Assembly: GCA_938004065.1 (NCBI GenBank)
Contig: CALKWM010000020.1
Location: forward strand, 1,813 to 65,812
Source of the DNA: an uncultured bacterium
Lineage (GTDB): Bacteria; Patescibacteriota; JAHJAL01
Length of the DNA: 64,000 bases
Reading direction: 5' to 3'
In this document: positions 9,828 to 19,387 of the stretch, in pieces
Numbering within the stretch: position 1 is the stretch's first letter
Layout of the letters: the number at the start of each line of letters is the position of its first letter
The notes under the pieces: model-generated
Database searches by the model: none
Told to the model about the DNA's origin: nothing
The model's input: the letters and a program-made list of their open reading frames with translations, nothing else
Made by a program: the position numbers and the translations under genes

Positions 9828-12800
9828 CTAATTATTATCTCTAGAAAATCCAAATATAGGGTTTACAGAAACTACTTTAACAGCTTGCTTCTCTTCAGGT
9901 AATATTTTCTTGATTTTTTCCAAAATACTGTCTCTTTCGGATAATTTTCCCTCGCGGATAACTTCACGAAGTTGTTTAGTTAATTTTCTAGCAATACGAC
10001 CATGAAAAACATTTCTCGTCATGAGTAGGCTTTCCAAACGCGCGCGATCAGACGCACTCCAGCCAACATTCATTGCCTCATCTAAAATTGTTTGTTGGGA
10101 AGGTGTTAATCTCTGAATATTACTATCAAAACGAGTTATTTGTGGGCCATTCTTTGATACATATTCAAGGTGTAGTTTCTTATTAAGAGTAATATTGTCT
10201 TTTTTTCTTTCTTGATCATTTGATCTTAATGTTTGCAGAGCTTCACCAGTAAGCAACACATCCAAAGCATTGGCACTTTTATTATTACGAAAAAAAGTAA
10301 ATTGTTTTTGATTGTTGGAAAATTCTGATTGAGAAAAAACAAGGACTTCCGGTGATTGCAAAATTTTCGTTTGATCCACGACACCCCACTTAAATACAGG
10401 TATTTTTTCTAAAGCATTTTGTGCTTCTGGTGTTGCTTGTTCTTTGAAATGTTTTAAATCCGCAATAAACTGATCGTCAGTAAAAACATCAGCTTCTTTT
10501 TCTAAACGCAAATATTCTGCAGTAGCAGTGTCGCTATCTGTGTCATAAATACCCTTATAATTAATTGGGTTAATTTGCTCTCCTAAAACAGATGAATCAC
10601 TTCCGATCGTTGCGTTGATCAGACTTATTTTATCTTCAAGTTTTGTTACCAAGCCAAGAAATTGATCTAACTCTTTATTTGGAACAATATTGATTACCTC
10701 AACCTCTGAATGAGGTGATCCAAGCCTATTAATACGACCGTTTCTTTGAATCATGCGAACCGGGTTCCAATGAAGATCATAATTTATAAGCAATCCACAA
10801 TCTTGTAAATTTTGTCCTTCAGCAAGAACATCAGTACTAAACAAATAAGTTAATTCCTCTTTTTCAGAAACACGTTCGCGCGCATCTTTTGCAACAGGAG
10901 CAAACCTTTCCGCTGATCGCATTGCATCTGCTTTCTCTTTACCAGATACAAATTCTGTATTTTCGGTAGTGAAAATATTTTTTTTATTATTTAATACATT
11001 TTCTTTTAAATATTTTATTGTGTCAGCAAAAAAAGAAAAAACAAGTATTTTTTTATTTGGATTTTTTTTAGCAATTTTAGTCACTTTTTCTAAAAATACT
11101 GCCAGTTTTTTATCTTTATTTTTAAACTGTTCGGTTAATTCTATTATTACGGCAAGTATTTCCTTTTCAGTAGCAATGTCTTCTTTAAGAGCTTTAATAT
11201 TGTGAGAATTTGTAGATACTTTTGTTCCAAGTTTTTTTGCTTTTTCAAGAATTTCTTCATCTGTTAAATCCAAATTTTCTCCATCCTCTGCTTCATATTC
11301 ATCTAAAATATCATCTATGTCAGAAAGATTTAGTAATAAGTTTTCTTGAAGAAAAATATCTTCGAATGTTTTTAATCTTTTTTGATATCTTTTTACTGAC
11401 GCTAGTAGTGCATATGATGATGATTCAAATCTTTTCAACCATACAATACGCAATAATCCATACATACTTAATTGTAGTCCGATTTTTTCTTTTGTTTCTT
11501 TGGTAAATTTAATATTTTTTATTTCATCAAGAGTCTTACCATAAACCTTGTGATCATACATTGATGTTCTATATGGTATAAAAGATAAAGAAAGAATATA
11601 TTGATATAAACGATAAATAATTGATTTGCCAGTGATATTCATGGTCTCTTTTTTTAATTCTTCTAATTGTCGTAATGGGTGAATTAAGATGTCAGTTGTT
11701 TCCTGAATTTTTTCAACAGGGGTTTTTTCAATTGACTCAATAACTGAATCAATTATTATACTTTGATATTCGCCGGAATTAAAAGTTTCATTGGAGACCT
11801 TGATTTTAGGAAAGAAAAACTCTTTACCATCTATTTCCAAACCATTACCGTTCAATTCTTCTTCAATACTTTGACGAGTATTTCTAATAACAAATTCACG
11901 TAAAATAGGATCAATTACTTGGCGTGCTTCTTTATAAATAGGTGTCATATCATTACCTTGCGCGCGATTTTGACTAATTTTTTTCTTTAGCTCAAATAAA
12001 GCATCGAAAAACGATCTTGATTTAATAACACCTTCAGAATTACGAACATTGACCTGTAAAAGATCTTGTTCACCACGAGTACCAAGCAAAATTTGATTTG
12101 TTAAGTCATCAATAGAATTATTTACTGGTGTTGCAGTAAGAAGTAGTGTATTGGCATCTGAATTATCAACTAACCATTCGCTTATTTGTTGAAAACGTTT
12201 ACTATTATGAGATCGCAAATTATGTGATTCATCTATAACAAATAAACTAATTGGTATATATTGGTCTTTTTTTCTTTCTTCATCTATTTGATTTTTATTT
12301 TGCATAGAAATAACCGTGATGCCTAGAATTTTCTCTCTAGCTATTTCGTTTTCCCACTGACCAACTAATGATTTTGGAGCAATCACAATTATTCTTCGTC
12401 CTATATATTGACGAATAACGCCAATTGCAGTAATTGTCTTACCTAAACCAACCGAATCTGCAAGCATTGCAACGCCGTTTTTATCTAAACGCCAAAGTAT
12501 TTGTTTGACACTTCTTTCTTGAAAATTTTGTAATTTACGTGAAGATAATGCTTCAATTTTTCGATCCTCTTTTAAAAGGTCTCCATACATATGATCAAGT
12601 GTCTTGATATACATTTCATACGGACTAAAAAGCATTTCTCCATGAATAGAAGTATCTATTAACTCTATAAACTTACCGGTCCATTCGACACAGCCCTCAT
12701 CTGTCCAAACCTCTTCAAACCAAGACAAGTGCCCATGTTCCTGATCCTTATTTTTAGGATTAAACTGGACTACGCGCTGATCGTCTTCGCCGGCATTTAA

Positions 12801-13262
12801 TTCGCGATTTGAAGTAATGCCATTTTTTGTAAAATTAGAAGAACCTATGACACCGATTGCTGTTTCGGATTCAAAATTACCAAAAATATAACATTTAGCA
12901 TGCAAAAATGCTTTTTTAAAAACTTTTACTTCAAGGATTTTATTATCAACTAATTGTTTTAACTCTTTTACTGTTGGTTTTAAATTACTGTCGATTTTTA
13001 GTTTTTGCAGATCTTCAAAAATATCTTTGTCTGGAAAATCTGGTTCAACTTCATTTAGTTGGTGTCGTGGGATTAAGGGTTCTCGACCAATAAGTAAACG
13101 AATTTTTTTATATTTTTTCAAATGAGGTAAAAGCAAAGCAGTCGCCTCAAGATCCCAATATCCAGTAGCAATAGAAATTTCATCAAAGTTAGCACTAACA
13201 GAAATTAGACTATTTAATAAATCTACTCTAGTATTGTCGATGATTTTTGGAAATTTTTTCAT
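9828..13262 (-). CDS. PLD-nuclease/SNF2-family helicase fusion
   Basis: FLHAKCYIF...GSSNFT (PLD); LADSVGLGKT, IDESHN, TATP, EGQNLQD, QRNGRINR. Confidence 0.9.
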   Translation of the reverse strand: MKKFPKIIDNTRVDLLNSLISVSANFDEISIATGYWDLEATALLLPHLKKYKKIRLLIGREPLIPRHQLNEVEPDFPDKDIFEDLQKLKIDSNLKPTVKELKQLVDNKILEVKVFKKAFLHAKCYIFGNFESETAIGVIGSSNFTKNGITSNRELNAGEDDQRVVQFNPKNKDQEHGHLSWFEEVWTDEGCVEWTGKFIELIDTSIHGEMLFSPYEMYIKTLDHMYGDLLKEDRKIEALSSRKLQNFQERSVKQILWRLDKNGVAMLADSVGLGKTITAIGVIRQYIGRRIIVIAPKSLVGQWENEIAREKILGITVISMQNKNQIDEERKKDQYIPISLFVIDESHNLRSHNSKRFQQISEWLVDNSDANTLLLTATPVNNSIDDLTNQILLGTRGEQDLLQVNVRNSEGVIKSRSFFDALFELKKKISQNRAQGNDMTPIYKEARQVIDPILREFVIRNTRQSIEEELNGNGLEIDGKEFFFPKIKVSNETFNSGEYQSIIIDSVIESIEKTPVEKIQETTDILIHPLRQLEELKKETMNITGKSIIYRLYQYILSLSFIPYRTSMYDHKVYGKTLDEIKNIKFTKETKEKIGLQLSMYGLLRIVWLKRFESSSYALLASVKRYQKRLKTFEDIFLQENLLLNLSDIDDILDEYEAEDGENLDLTDEEILEKAKKLGTKVSTNSHNIKALKEDIATEKEILAVIIELTEQFKNKDKKLAVFLEKVTKIAKKNPNKKILVFSFFADTIKYLKENVLNNKKNIFTTENTEFVSGKEKADAMRSAERFAPVAKDARERVSEKEELTYLFSTDVLAEGQNLQDCGLLINYDLHWNPVRMIQRNGRINRLGSPHSEVEVINIVPNKELDQFLGLVTKLEDKISLINATIGSDSSVLGEQINPINYKGIYDTDSDTATAEYLRLEKEADVFTDDQFIADLKHFKEQATPEAQNALEKIPVFKWGVVDQTKILQSPEVLVFSQSEFSNNQKQFTFFRNNKSANALDVLLTGEALQTLRSNDQERKKDNITLNKKLHLEYVSKNGPQITRFDSNIQRLTPSQQTILDEAMNVGWSASDRARLESLLMTRNVFHGRIARKLTKQLREVIREGKLSERDSILEKIKKILPEEKQAVKVVSVNPIFGFSRDNN

Positions 13263-13297
13263 AATAATTTAGTTTACCTGTTGTTATTGTATTCGTT

Positions 13298-13356
13298 TTC
13301 CCCTTATTAATAAATCGTTTTCGTAGCGGAGCGGAGAAAACACCTTATTCCCCTCT
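13298..13356. repeat. Cassette 5' leader module, copy A
   Basis: TTCCCCTTAT.AATAAATCGTTTTCGTAGCGGAGCGGAGAAAACACCTTAT.CCCCT recurs at 18611-18668. Confidence 0.85.
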
Positions 13357-13431
13357 ATAATTAAAGAAAAAGAAATTTGAAAATTTTTTAAAACAATTGG
13401 GCGATAGCCCAAAAAAGAAAAGGAATATTTC

Positions 13432-13530
13432 AGCTAACGTTCCAGCGTATGCGATGTTTTTGCGACCAACGGGAGCAAAAATATGGGAGAGGGGCGAGCC
13501 GAGCCCCGAACCGCATACGCTGTGTTATAC
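13432..13530 (-). other. attC-like recombination site 7
   Basis: AGCTAAC-gttc-CAGCGTATGCG...CGCATACGCTG-t-GTTATAC. Confidence 0.85.
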
Positions 13531-13656
13531 GCCCCGACGACCGAAGGGAGGAGAGCGCAGCGGGGCGCGACTGAAAGGAGCGAGTTCAAAAAATATTTTT
13601 CATTCAATTTCATTTTGACAGGCTTTTTATTCAATAATTATAAATTTGTTTTTTTG

Positions 13657-13768
13657 TTTTGGATTTTGGGCAGAGGGGTTAGGGGTGAATGCCCAAAATC
13701 CAAAACTCCTTATTCTGTTTGAGGGAGGGGCAAGAGGGGAATTAAAGGGGTGAATTGCCCCGACCGAA
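13657..13768. repeat. Cassette 3' trailer module, copy B
   Basis: Near-identical to 5420-5537. Confidence 0.85.
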
Positions 13769-13774
13769 AACATT

Positions 13775-14671
13775 TTATTTCAATATTTTGTATTTTTTCT
13801 TATCAAGCAACTTTAGATCGCCTTTGCTCTTCCAAATTTCTTTGAAATCTTTGTTTCTCATAGTCCTAATGTGTCCAAGGTAAACTGAAACAAAATGCCC
13901 GTTGATTTTTGTTTCTTTTGTTGCCTTGATATTTTTTTCAGCAATTTTTACATAATCAGAATCAAGCTCAATTCCAATGTATTTTCTACCTAGTTGTTTA
14001 GCCGCAACCGCAGTTGTGCCAGTTCCCATGAATGGGTCAAGTACTACATCATCTTCATCTGTGGTCATTAAGATCAATCTCTCAAGTAGAGGGATTGGGA
14101 GTTGACAAGGATGTTCATCTCTTCGCTTTTTATGCCGGATCCGATGAATATCATTCCAAACATCAGAAAGTAATGGCCCAAAACCATGGGCTTGATCTTT
14201 TTTACCGCCGTAATCTTTTAAAAATTCATCACAAGTTCTACATCTTGGGTGCGGATATCTAATGTCATTAAATTTAAAATCTTTATGAGATTTTGATTTT
14301 GTATAATATAAAATTCCATAATGATTTGGTAATAAAGTTTTACCCATTGGTGCGCCGCCAGAATCCCAAGCAATCCAATGTCTGAAATATGCAATTTTAT
14401 TTAAATGCTCCGCATAATGCGAAAGCCAACGAGGAATATTGTGAACAAAAATTGCACCGGTTGGTTTTGTAATCCTGACCATTTCGCTCATCCAATCATT
14501 ACACCAATTCAAATAATCTTGCTTTTCTTTTGAATCCTCATAGTGATTATATTTTTTCTTTAAATTAAAAGGCGGATCGGCAAAAGTCATATCTACCGAA
14601 TTATCCGGTATTTCTTTCAATACCTTTAGGCAATCGCCCTTAACAATTGTATTTATATAGTTTTTTTTCAT
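13775..14671 (-). CDS. N6-adenine/N4-cytosine DNA methyltransferase (beta class)
   Basis: FADPPF, EHPCQLP, VLDPFMGTGTT; start taken at MKKNYIN just after the upstream stop. Confidence 0.92.
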   Translation of the reverse strand: MKKNYINTIVKGDCLKVLKEIPDNSVDMTFADPPFNLKKKYNHYEDSKEKQDYLNWCNDWMSEMVRITKPTGAIFVHNIPRWLSHYAEHLNKIAYFRHWIAWDSGGAPMGKTLLPNHYGILYYTKSKSHKDFKFNDIRYPHPRCRTCDEFLKDYGGKKDQAHGFGPLLSDVWNDIHRIRHKKRRDEHPCQLPIPLLERLILMTTDEDDVVLDPFMGTGTTAVAAKQLGRKYIGIELDSDYVKIAEKNIKATKETKINGHFVSVYLGHIRTMRNKDFKEIWKSKGDLKLLDKKKYKILK

Positions 14672-14673
14672 AA

Positions 14674-16362
14674 TTAAGATATTGTTAAATTCCATACATT
14701 CATAGCAATTTCTGCTAATTTTTCTTGCCGATTTTTTATTGACTCAGCTGACCATTCATTATAATCGTCATTTATCATTTTAGTTATCCATAAATCAGAA
14801 CTTTGATATCTAGATTTTTTATCTGTAAAAGGAGCATTTCCTTCTTCTGAGTTTGGTCGTGATTGCATTAATGTTAAGTTGCCAATACGATTTTTATATT
14901 CATTCAGTTCCTCTTCGGAAAAATTAGGCCAATTTTCGCTTGGATTTTTTGGGAGAATATGCTCTAAATTAACAGCGCTGGGATCACTATTAACTAAAAG
15001 TTCCGGATCATCTATACCACCTCTTTTATGATTTTCGATGGCCCTCAAATAATAGCGAGCATATTTTTCAGTGCTAGATTTTGCATAAATAAACTTATCT
15101 TTAAATTCGCTATCAGATGGAATAATATGTTGAAGAGCGGTTTTTAAATCCGTAGCATTATTTATTTTCCCCTCCGCTATATCTTTGGCCTTTTTAGCAT
15201 ACTCGACTTCAAGTGTACCTCCTCCAAGAGAGCCAGTTATTAAATTTCTAACGAGCCATGAAACAATTAATTTTAATGATTTTCGAATCTCTTGTTTGTT
15301 GGTGAATTTTTTGAGAATTGATAATAGCAAAGGCCTGTATTGTTCCAAATTAAAAAAATTTAATGTTTCAATGTATTGTTTTACTTTTGGATCAAAATCG
15401 TTCCAATATTGATGATTATGATTAACGATTGCTAAATATAGAGAAGTATCATTTTTTAAATTATTAACAAAAGTAATTGATTGTGTCGTATTGCGAATTT
15501 GACTTTTTATATCATTGTACAACTCCCTGTTTTTTTCTCTGGTAAGTCCGTTTTGGGCAGACCAATAATGCTTAATATATCTCAATATTAAACTTTCATT
15601 TTCTGCTGTTTCTATTTGAGATGTCATTTCAATCCAAGTATTTTGAATTTCCTCAATCCGATCACTTGCTTTGCTATATAAATAATTTTTAAGAAGATCT
15701 ACTTGCGCTAATTCCAAGCCCCTATCATTAAGAGTTTCGCAAATTGTGAAAGCGTTGGCTTTACTTGGGACAGTTATTGTCACGACTTTAAGTTTGTCAG
15801 ATATAAATTCTATCCAGTCATGCAAAATATTCAAATTCGCATCCGATAATTCGGCCAATTTATTTATTTTTTGAATTGATAGTTGTTTGGTATTTTTTAT
15901 TCTTTCGTGAGATTCCTTTGTTGACAAAGTAGCTTCATTTTTATTAACAATATATTCTCTAAAAAATATATTATCCAAATTGCCCAATTTAATTTTAGGA
16001 AGATGCTCTCCTGTACGCCTGTTAAATATACTCAAAAAGTCTTGTTGTATAGAATTGGCTTGTTCGTCTTCACTTCTTTGTCTAAAAAATTGTTCTACTG
16101 CTGATAAAAAAATATAAATGGAAGTAATTCTTTGTTGGCCATCAACGATCTCGAGCTCGTCAGAGTTTTCTTTTTCAGAAAAAACAATAGTTCCGAGAAA
16201 ATATTCATTTTCATTATTGCTAATTGCATTATGAATATCATTGAACATATCATCAATATGTTTTTTTTCCCATGCATAAGGACGTTGATATATTGGCACC
16301 GCGAGTTGATGCTCTTTTATCACCTTTCCGATCCCTTTAATTTGAAAGTTAATGCTACTCAT
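14674..16362 (-). CDS. GmrSD-family protein (DUF262 + DUF1524/HNH)
   Basis: VPIYQRPYAW, IVDGQQR, ETLNDRG, NLEHILP...IGNLTL. Confidence 0.9.
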   Translation of the reverse strand: MSSINFQIKGIGKVIKEHQLAVPIYQRPYAWEKKHIDDMFNDIHNAISNNENEYFLGTIVFSEKENSDELEIVDGQQRITSIYIFLSAVEQFFRQRSEDEQANSIQQDFLSIFNRRTGEHLPKIKLGNLDNIFFREYIVNKNEATLSTKESHERIKNTKQLSIQKINKLAELSDANLNILHDWIEFISDKLKVVTITVPSKANAFTICETLNDRGLELAQVDLLKNYLYSKASDRIEEIQNTWIEMTSQIETAENESLILRYIKHYWSAQNGLTREKNRELYNDIKSQIRNTTQSITFVNNLKNDTSLYLAIVNHNHQYWNDFDPKVKQYIETLNFFNLEQYRPLLLSILKKFTNKQEIRKSLKLIVSWLVRNLITGSLGGGTLEVEYAKKAKDIAEGKINNATDLKTALQHIIPSDSEFKDKFIYAKSSTEKYARYYLRAIENHKRGGIDDPELLVNSDPSAVNLEHILPKNPSENWPNFSEEELNEYKNRIGNLTLMQSRPNSEEGNAPFTDKKSRYQSSDLWITKMINDDYNEWSAESIKNRQEKLAEIAMNVWNLTIS

Positions 16363-16364
16363 AA

Positions 16365-17354
16365 TTATTTTTTTATAAAAGTGTCAAGTAATAGCTTTTC
16401 AAACCGTTTTAATTCTTCCTTATGAAAAGTAAAAACATCCTCATAGGCTGTAACCATTCTTTTTAGATCGCCTTTTCTGACATACCAACCAACACCATCC
16501 ACAAAACCAATAAATTTCGCCTTTGGATAATGCGACTTGATAAGTGAATCAATAGAAATCTCTGTTTTTGATTTATCGCCTTGACCGGATGAAGTTGTTA
16601 CCAAAAATGAGCTTTCGGCAATAATTAACGGATTTTGTTTGTTCGGAATAATAAAATCCATCGTTCTTTTATTATCGGGGGCATTGTCAATTAGTTCGCT
16701 GAGGTCGCCCTTTTCAAACGGTATTTCTAAATGATTTAAAATTTCTTCAATTAAAATTTCCGGATTATTTTCTTTCATTCCGGAATAGCTGCCTTTTTCT
16801 TTATATCTAATTAAAGTGTCGATCATTTCCGGCAATTCAAATTTTAGTTTTGAAATACTTAGTTTCTTCAATTCAAATAGCGGAATAGTTTTTGTTAAAA
16901 ACGGAACTGTTGAACCTTCAAAGAAAATATTTAAAATTCCTTTTCTGAAAAATTCATTTTCTTTTATAAATTTTGCTATTTGAGCGTCTGACCACTCTTT
17001 CAGATTATTTATATCTTCATCCTTAAACCATTTGTCCTTATAAACCAACTTACTCAATTCTGGATCATTAACAACTCTAATAATTGTAGTCAATCTTTTT
17101 AAGGTTTCGTTTGAAAATCCGGTCAAAGCAAGCAACGCCCTAAGACCATTTTCTTTTTCAATTAGTAGCTGTTCAAAAAATTCCTTTTTCAATCCCTGTG
17201 TTTCAATATTATTTTTCAATATCAAAAGCATTTCTTTTAACGAGTTTAGATAACCTTCATATTTTTCTTCAAAAGCTGGATTGAAAAAATAAAAAGTATT
17301 TTTATCAATCACAGTTTTAAATTTCAATTCGGTTGTAGGTTTTGTGTATTTCAT
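16365..17354 (-). CDS. Type II restriction endonuclease (DpnII-like C-terminal domain)
   Basis: MDFIIP...IIAESSFLVTTSSGQGDK...FVDGVGW; flanked by methyltransferases. Confidence 0.72.
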   Translation of the reverse strand: MKYTKPTTELKFKTVIDKNTFYFFNPAFEEKYEGYLNSLKEMLLILKNNIETQGLKKEFFEQLLIEKENGLRALLALTGFSNETLKRLTTIIRVVNDPELSKLVYKDKWFKDEDINNLKEWSDAQIAKFIKENEFFRKGILNIFFEGSTVPFLTKTIPLFELKKLSISKLKFELPEMIDTLIRYKEKGSYSGMKENNPEILIEEILNHLEIPFEKGDLSELIDNAPDNKRTMDFIIPNKQNPLIIAESSFLVTTSSGQGDKSKTEISIDSLIKSHYPKAKFIGFVDGVGWYVRKGDLKRMVTAYEDVFTFHKEELKRFEKLLLDTFIKK

Positions 17355-17359
17355 AATTG

Positions 17360-18610
17360 TTATTTTTGATTAGTAAAAAATAATATGGATTCCTCCTTCA
17401 TCGTATTTTGTAACCCCCGGATCGGCTTCTTTAAATTAAGTTCAAATTTTAGTCCTTGTTTTTCTCCAAGCTCAGTGACTTTTGTTTCCAGTCTCACGCC
17501 ATTTGTTTGAATATCGTTTGTGCCAATAATTATAACTATAGGCGCGTTTTTCTTTGATACCCGTTTCATTTCACCAAGGGCTTGATTCATTTTGTCAAAA
17601 TAAATTTCTAATTTATTTTCCACGCCTCGCCCCTGTAGGCCGATCATCTCTTGTCGCAAAACTTCCAGATCGTAGCCGAGATATTCTAATTGGGGCTGAT
17701 CATTTTTTAAATAATCAATAGCAAAAGAATAGGGCGGTGAAGTGATTACTGCGTCCACGCTATTATCACCAAGCGGCAAATTTAAAATACTACCTTGAAC
17801 GATTTTACTTTTTCCGATTTTTAAATCCATTTTTTTTCTTGCTTCTTGAAAATATTTTAACGTTGAAACATATCTGTCCAATACACGCGGGAAAAGTTTA
17901 TCAATAGAAGAACTGCTTCGGCCGGCAAATCCGACGGTATCTAAAAATGCTAATAAAATTATTTCATAGTAGTGTCTTTTTTTATCGTCTTTATTGTTTT
18001 TAAAATATTCTGGAACTTTGTCTTTTTTCAACTTATCCAAAATTTCTTTTGGATTTTTAATAATTGACTCTAAAATTTTAATATCCAAATTTAGAGCAAA
18101 TGTTTTAACTTTTCCCATTAGCTCACAAAATGGGCTTAAATCAACAGAGATAGCATCAATTCCGAGCAAATTAGCCTCAACTGCAACAGTAGAACTCCCG
18201 GCCATTGGATCAAGAACAACATGGCCGGGTTTTATATCAAGTATATTTAACAATGCCCTTATCAGTTGCGGGTGAAATTTTCCACGATATGGAAAAAGGC
18301 CATGAGTTGCGTATCCAGTTGAATATTTCCCGTCTAAAAAGAAAATTTTTGTCCGGAAAGAGCTATTTTTATGAACTTCTTCTAAATTTTGAAGGTTGCA
18401 AGTTTTATAATGAGCTGTTTCTTTCCCGTCAACTAATTTAAAATATGCGCTTCTTTCAACTAATTCTTTTTTTGATAAAACCTCATATTCCCACAAAGCT
18501 AAATCTAATTCAAAAATCTCATCAGTCCCGTCAATGAGATAAAAATTATTACCAAATAGCCTTTCTATGATCGGTTTATGCTTTGTAGTCATGATAGTAT
18601 TATAGTTCAT
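17360..18610 (-). CDS. DNA methyltransferase, probably N4-cytosine
   Basis: THGLFPYRGKFHPQL, VLDPMAGSST, ITSPPY. Confidence 0.88.
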   Translation of the reverse strand: MNYNTIMTTKHKPIIERLFGNNFYLIDGTDEIFELDLALWEYEVLSKKELVERSAYFKLVDGKETAHYKTCNLQNLEEVHKNSSFRTKIFFLDGKYSTGYATHGLFPYRGKFHPQLIRALLNILDIKPGHVVLDPMAGSSTVAVEANLLGIDAISVDLSPFCELMGKVKTFALNLDIKILESIIKNPKEILDKLKKDKVPEYFKNNKDDKKRHYYEIILLAFLDTVGFAGRSSSSIDKLFPRVLDRYVSTLKYFQEARKKMDLKIGKSKIVQGSILNLPLGDNSVDAVITSPPYSFAIDYLKNDQPQLEYLGYDLEVLRQEMIGLQGRGVENKLEIYFDKMNQALGEMKRVSKKNAPIVIIIGTNDIQTNGVRLETKVTELGEKQGLKFELNLKKPIRGLQNTMKEESILFFTNQK

Positions 18611-18668
18611 TTCCCCTTATAAATAAATCGTTTTCGTAGCGGAGCGGAGAAAACACCTTATACCCCTT
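18611..18668. repeat. Cassette 5' leader module, copy B
   Basis: Matches 13298-13356. Confidence 0.85.
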
Positions 18669-18758
18669 TCTAATAAATAAAAAAACAAATTTATTCCCCT
18701 TTTTAAAAAGCCTGTCAAAATTCCTTATAAAAAGAAAAATATTTTTTGAATTGCGTAT

Positions 18759-18915
18759 AACGTGCCGCGGCTGATCCGATCGTGGCCAAAGGCCGCCGCA
18801 GGCGAGCCGATGGACATGTCGGATAGCCGCTGTTAGACGACGTCGCGGAGCGACGGAGGATAACGGGGGCGAAGCCGCGGCACGTTAGACAACGAGCGAA
18901 GCGATGTTGGCTAAC
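18759..18915. repeat. 157-bp gene-less cassette unit, copy 2 (attC-like site at 18755-18838)
   Basis: Identical to 4091-4247. Confidence 0.92.
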
Positions 18916-19050
18916 GTCCGCGTGTATGAGAAGTTTCGCCGACTTCCTTATCGTTTATTATAAAGGAGGCGAAATTTGGGTGAAAGAAAAAATGCAACCT
19001 TTAAAAATTATTAACGCACTTTTTCTTGAACCTCATACACTCTGTTATAT
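18909..19050 (-). other. attC-like recombination site 9
   Basis: Near-identical to 4241-4382. Confidence 0.85.
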
Positions 19051-19060
19051 GCTGTATTTT

Positions 19061-19351
19061 TTACCATTTCGTACTAAAAGGAAAGATATTTTGGGGTAGC
19101 AGTTGAATTCCTTTAAAATACGTCCCACTTGATAAACAACCACTGCCACAGCTGTTATATTCAATTTGAACAGAGTAAAGTAAAAAGAGTACTAGAAATA
19201 CAAAAAATAATATAGAACGCCATTTAGATAAAACTTTTTTTCGTAGTAAAAACAAAATAATAGCTAGTGCTCCGAATAGAAGTCCTAATACAGTAATGTA
19301 AATATAAGTTTGTTGTGTGCAAACTGTTGGGCACAACATCATTAAATCCAT
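19061..19351 (-). CDS. Small two-TM membrane protein (single-gene cassette)
   Basis: Two hydrophobic segments; fills the cassette between R boxes. Confidence 0.7.
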   Translation of the reverse strand: MDLMMLCPTVCTQQTYIYITVLGLLFGALAIILFLLRKKVLSKWRSILFFVFLVLFLLYSVQIEYNSCGSGCLSSGTYFKGIQLLPQNIFPFSTKW

Positions 19352-19387
19352 AATTTTTTAAGTTAAATGGTAAAAAATATTGCGTAT

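Noticed and set aside
6537-13262. DISARM or BREX system
   Set aside because: No drmA/drmB (DUF1998) or brxC/pglZ genes visible
13397-13722. Short ORFs 13397-13618, 13434-13634, 13483-13722
   Set aside because: They overlap attC site 7 and cassette terminal repeats
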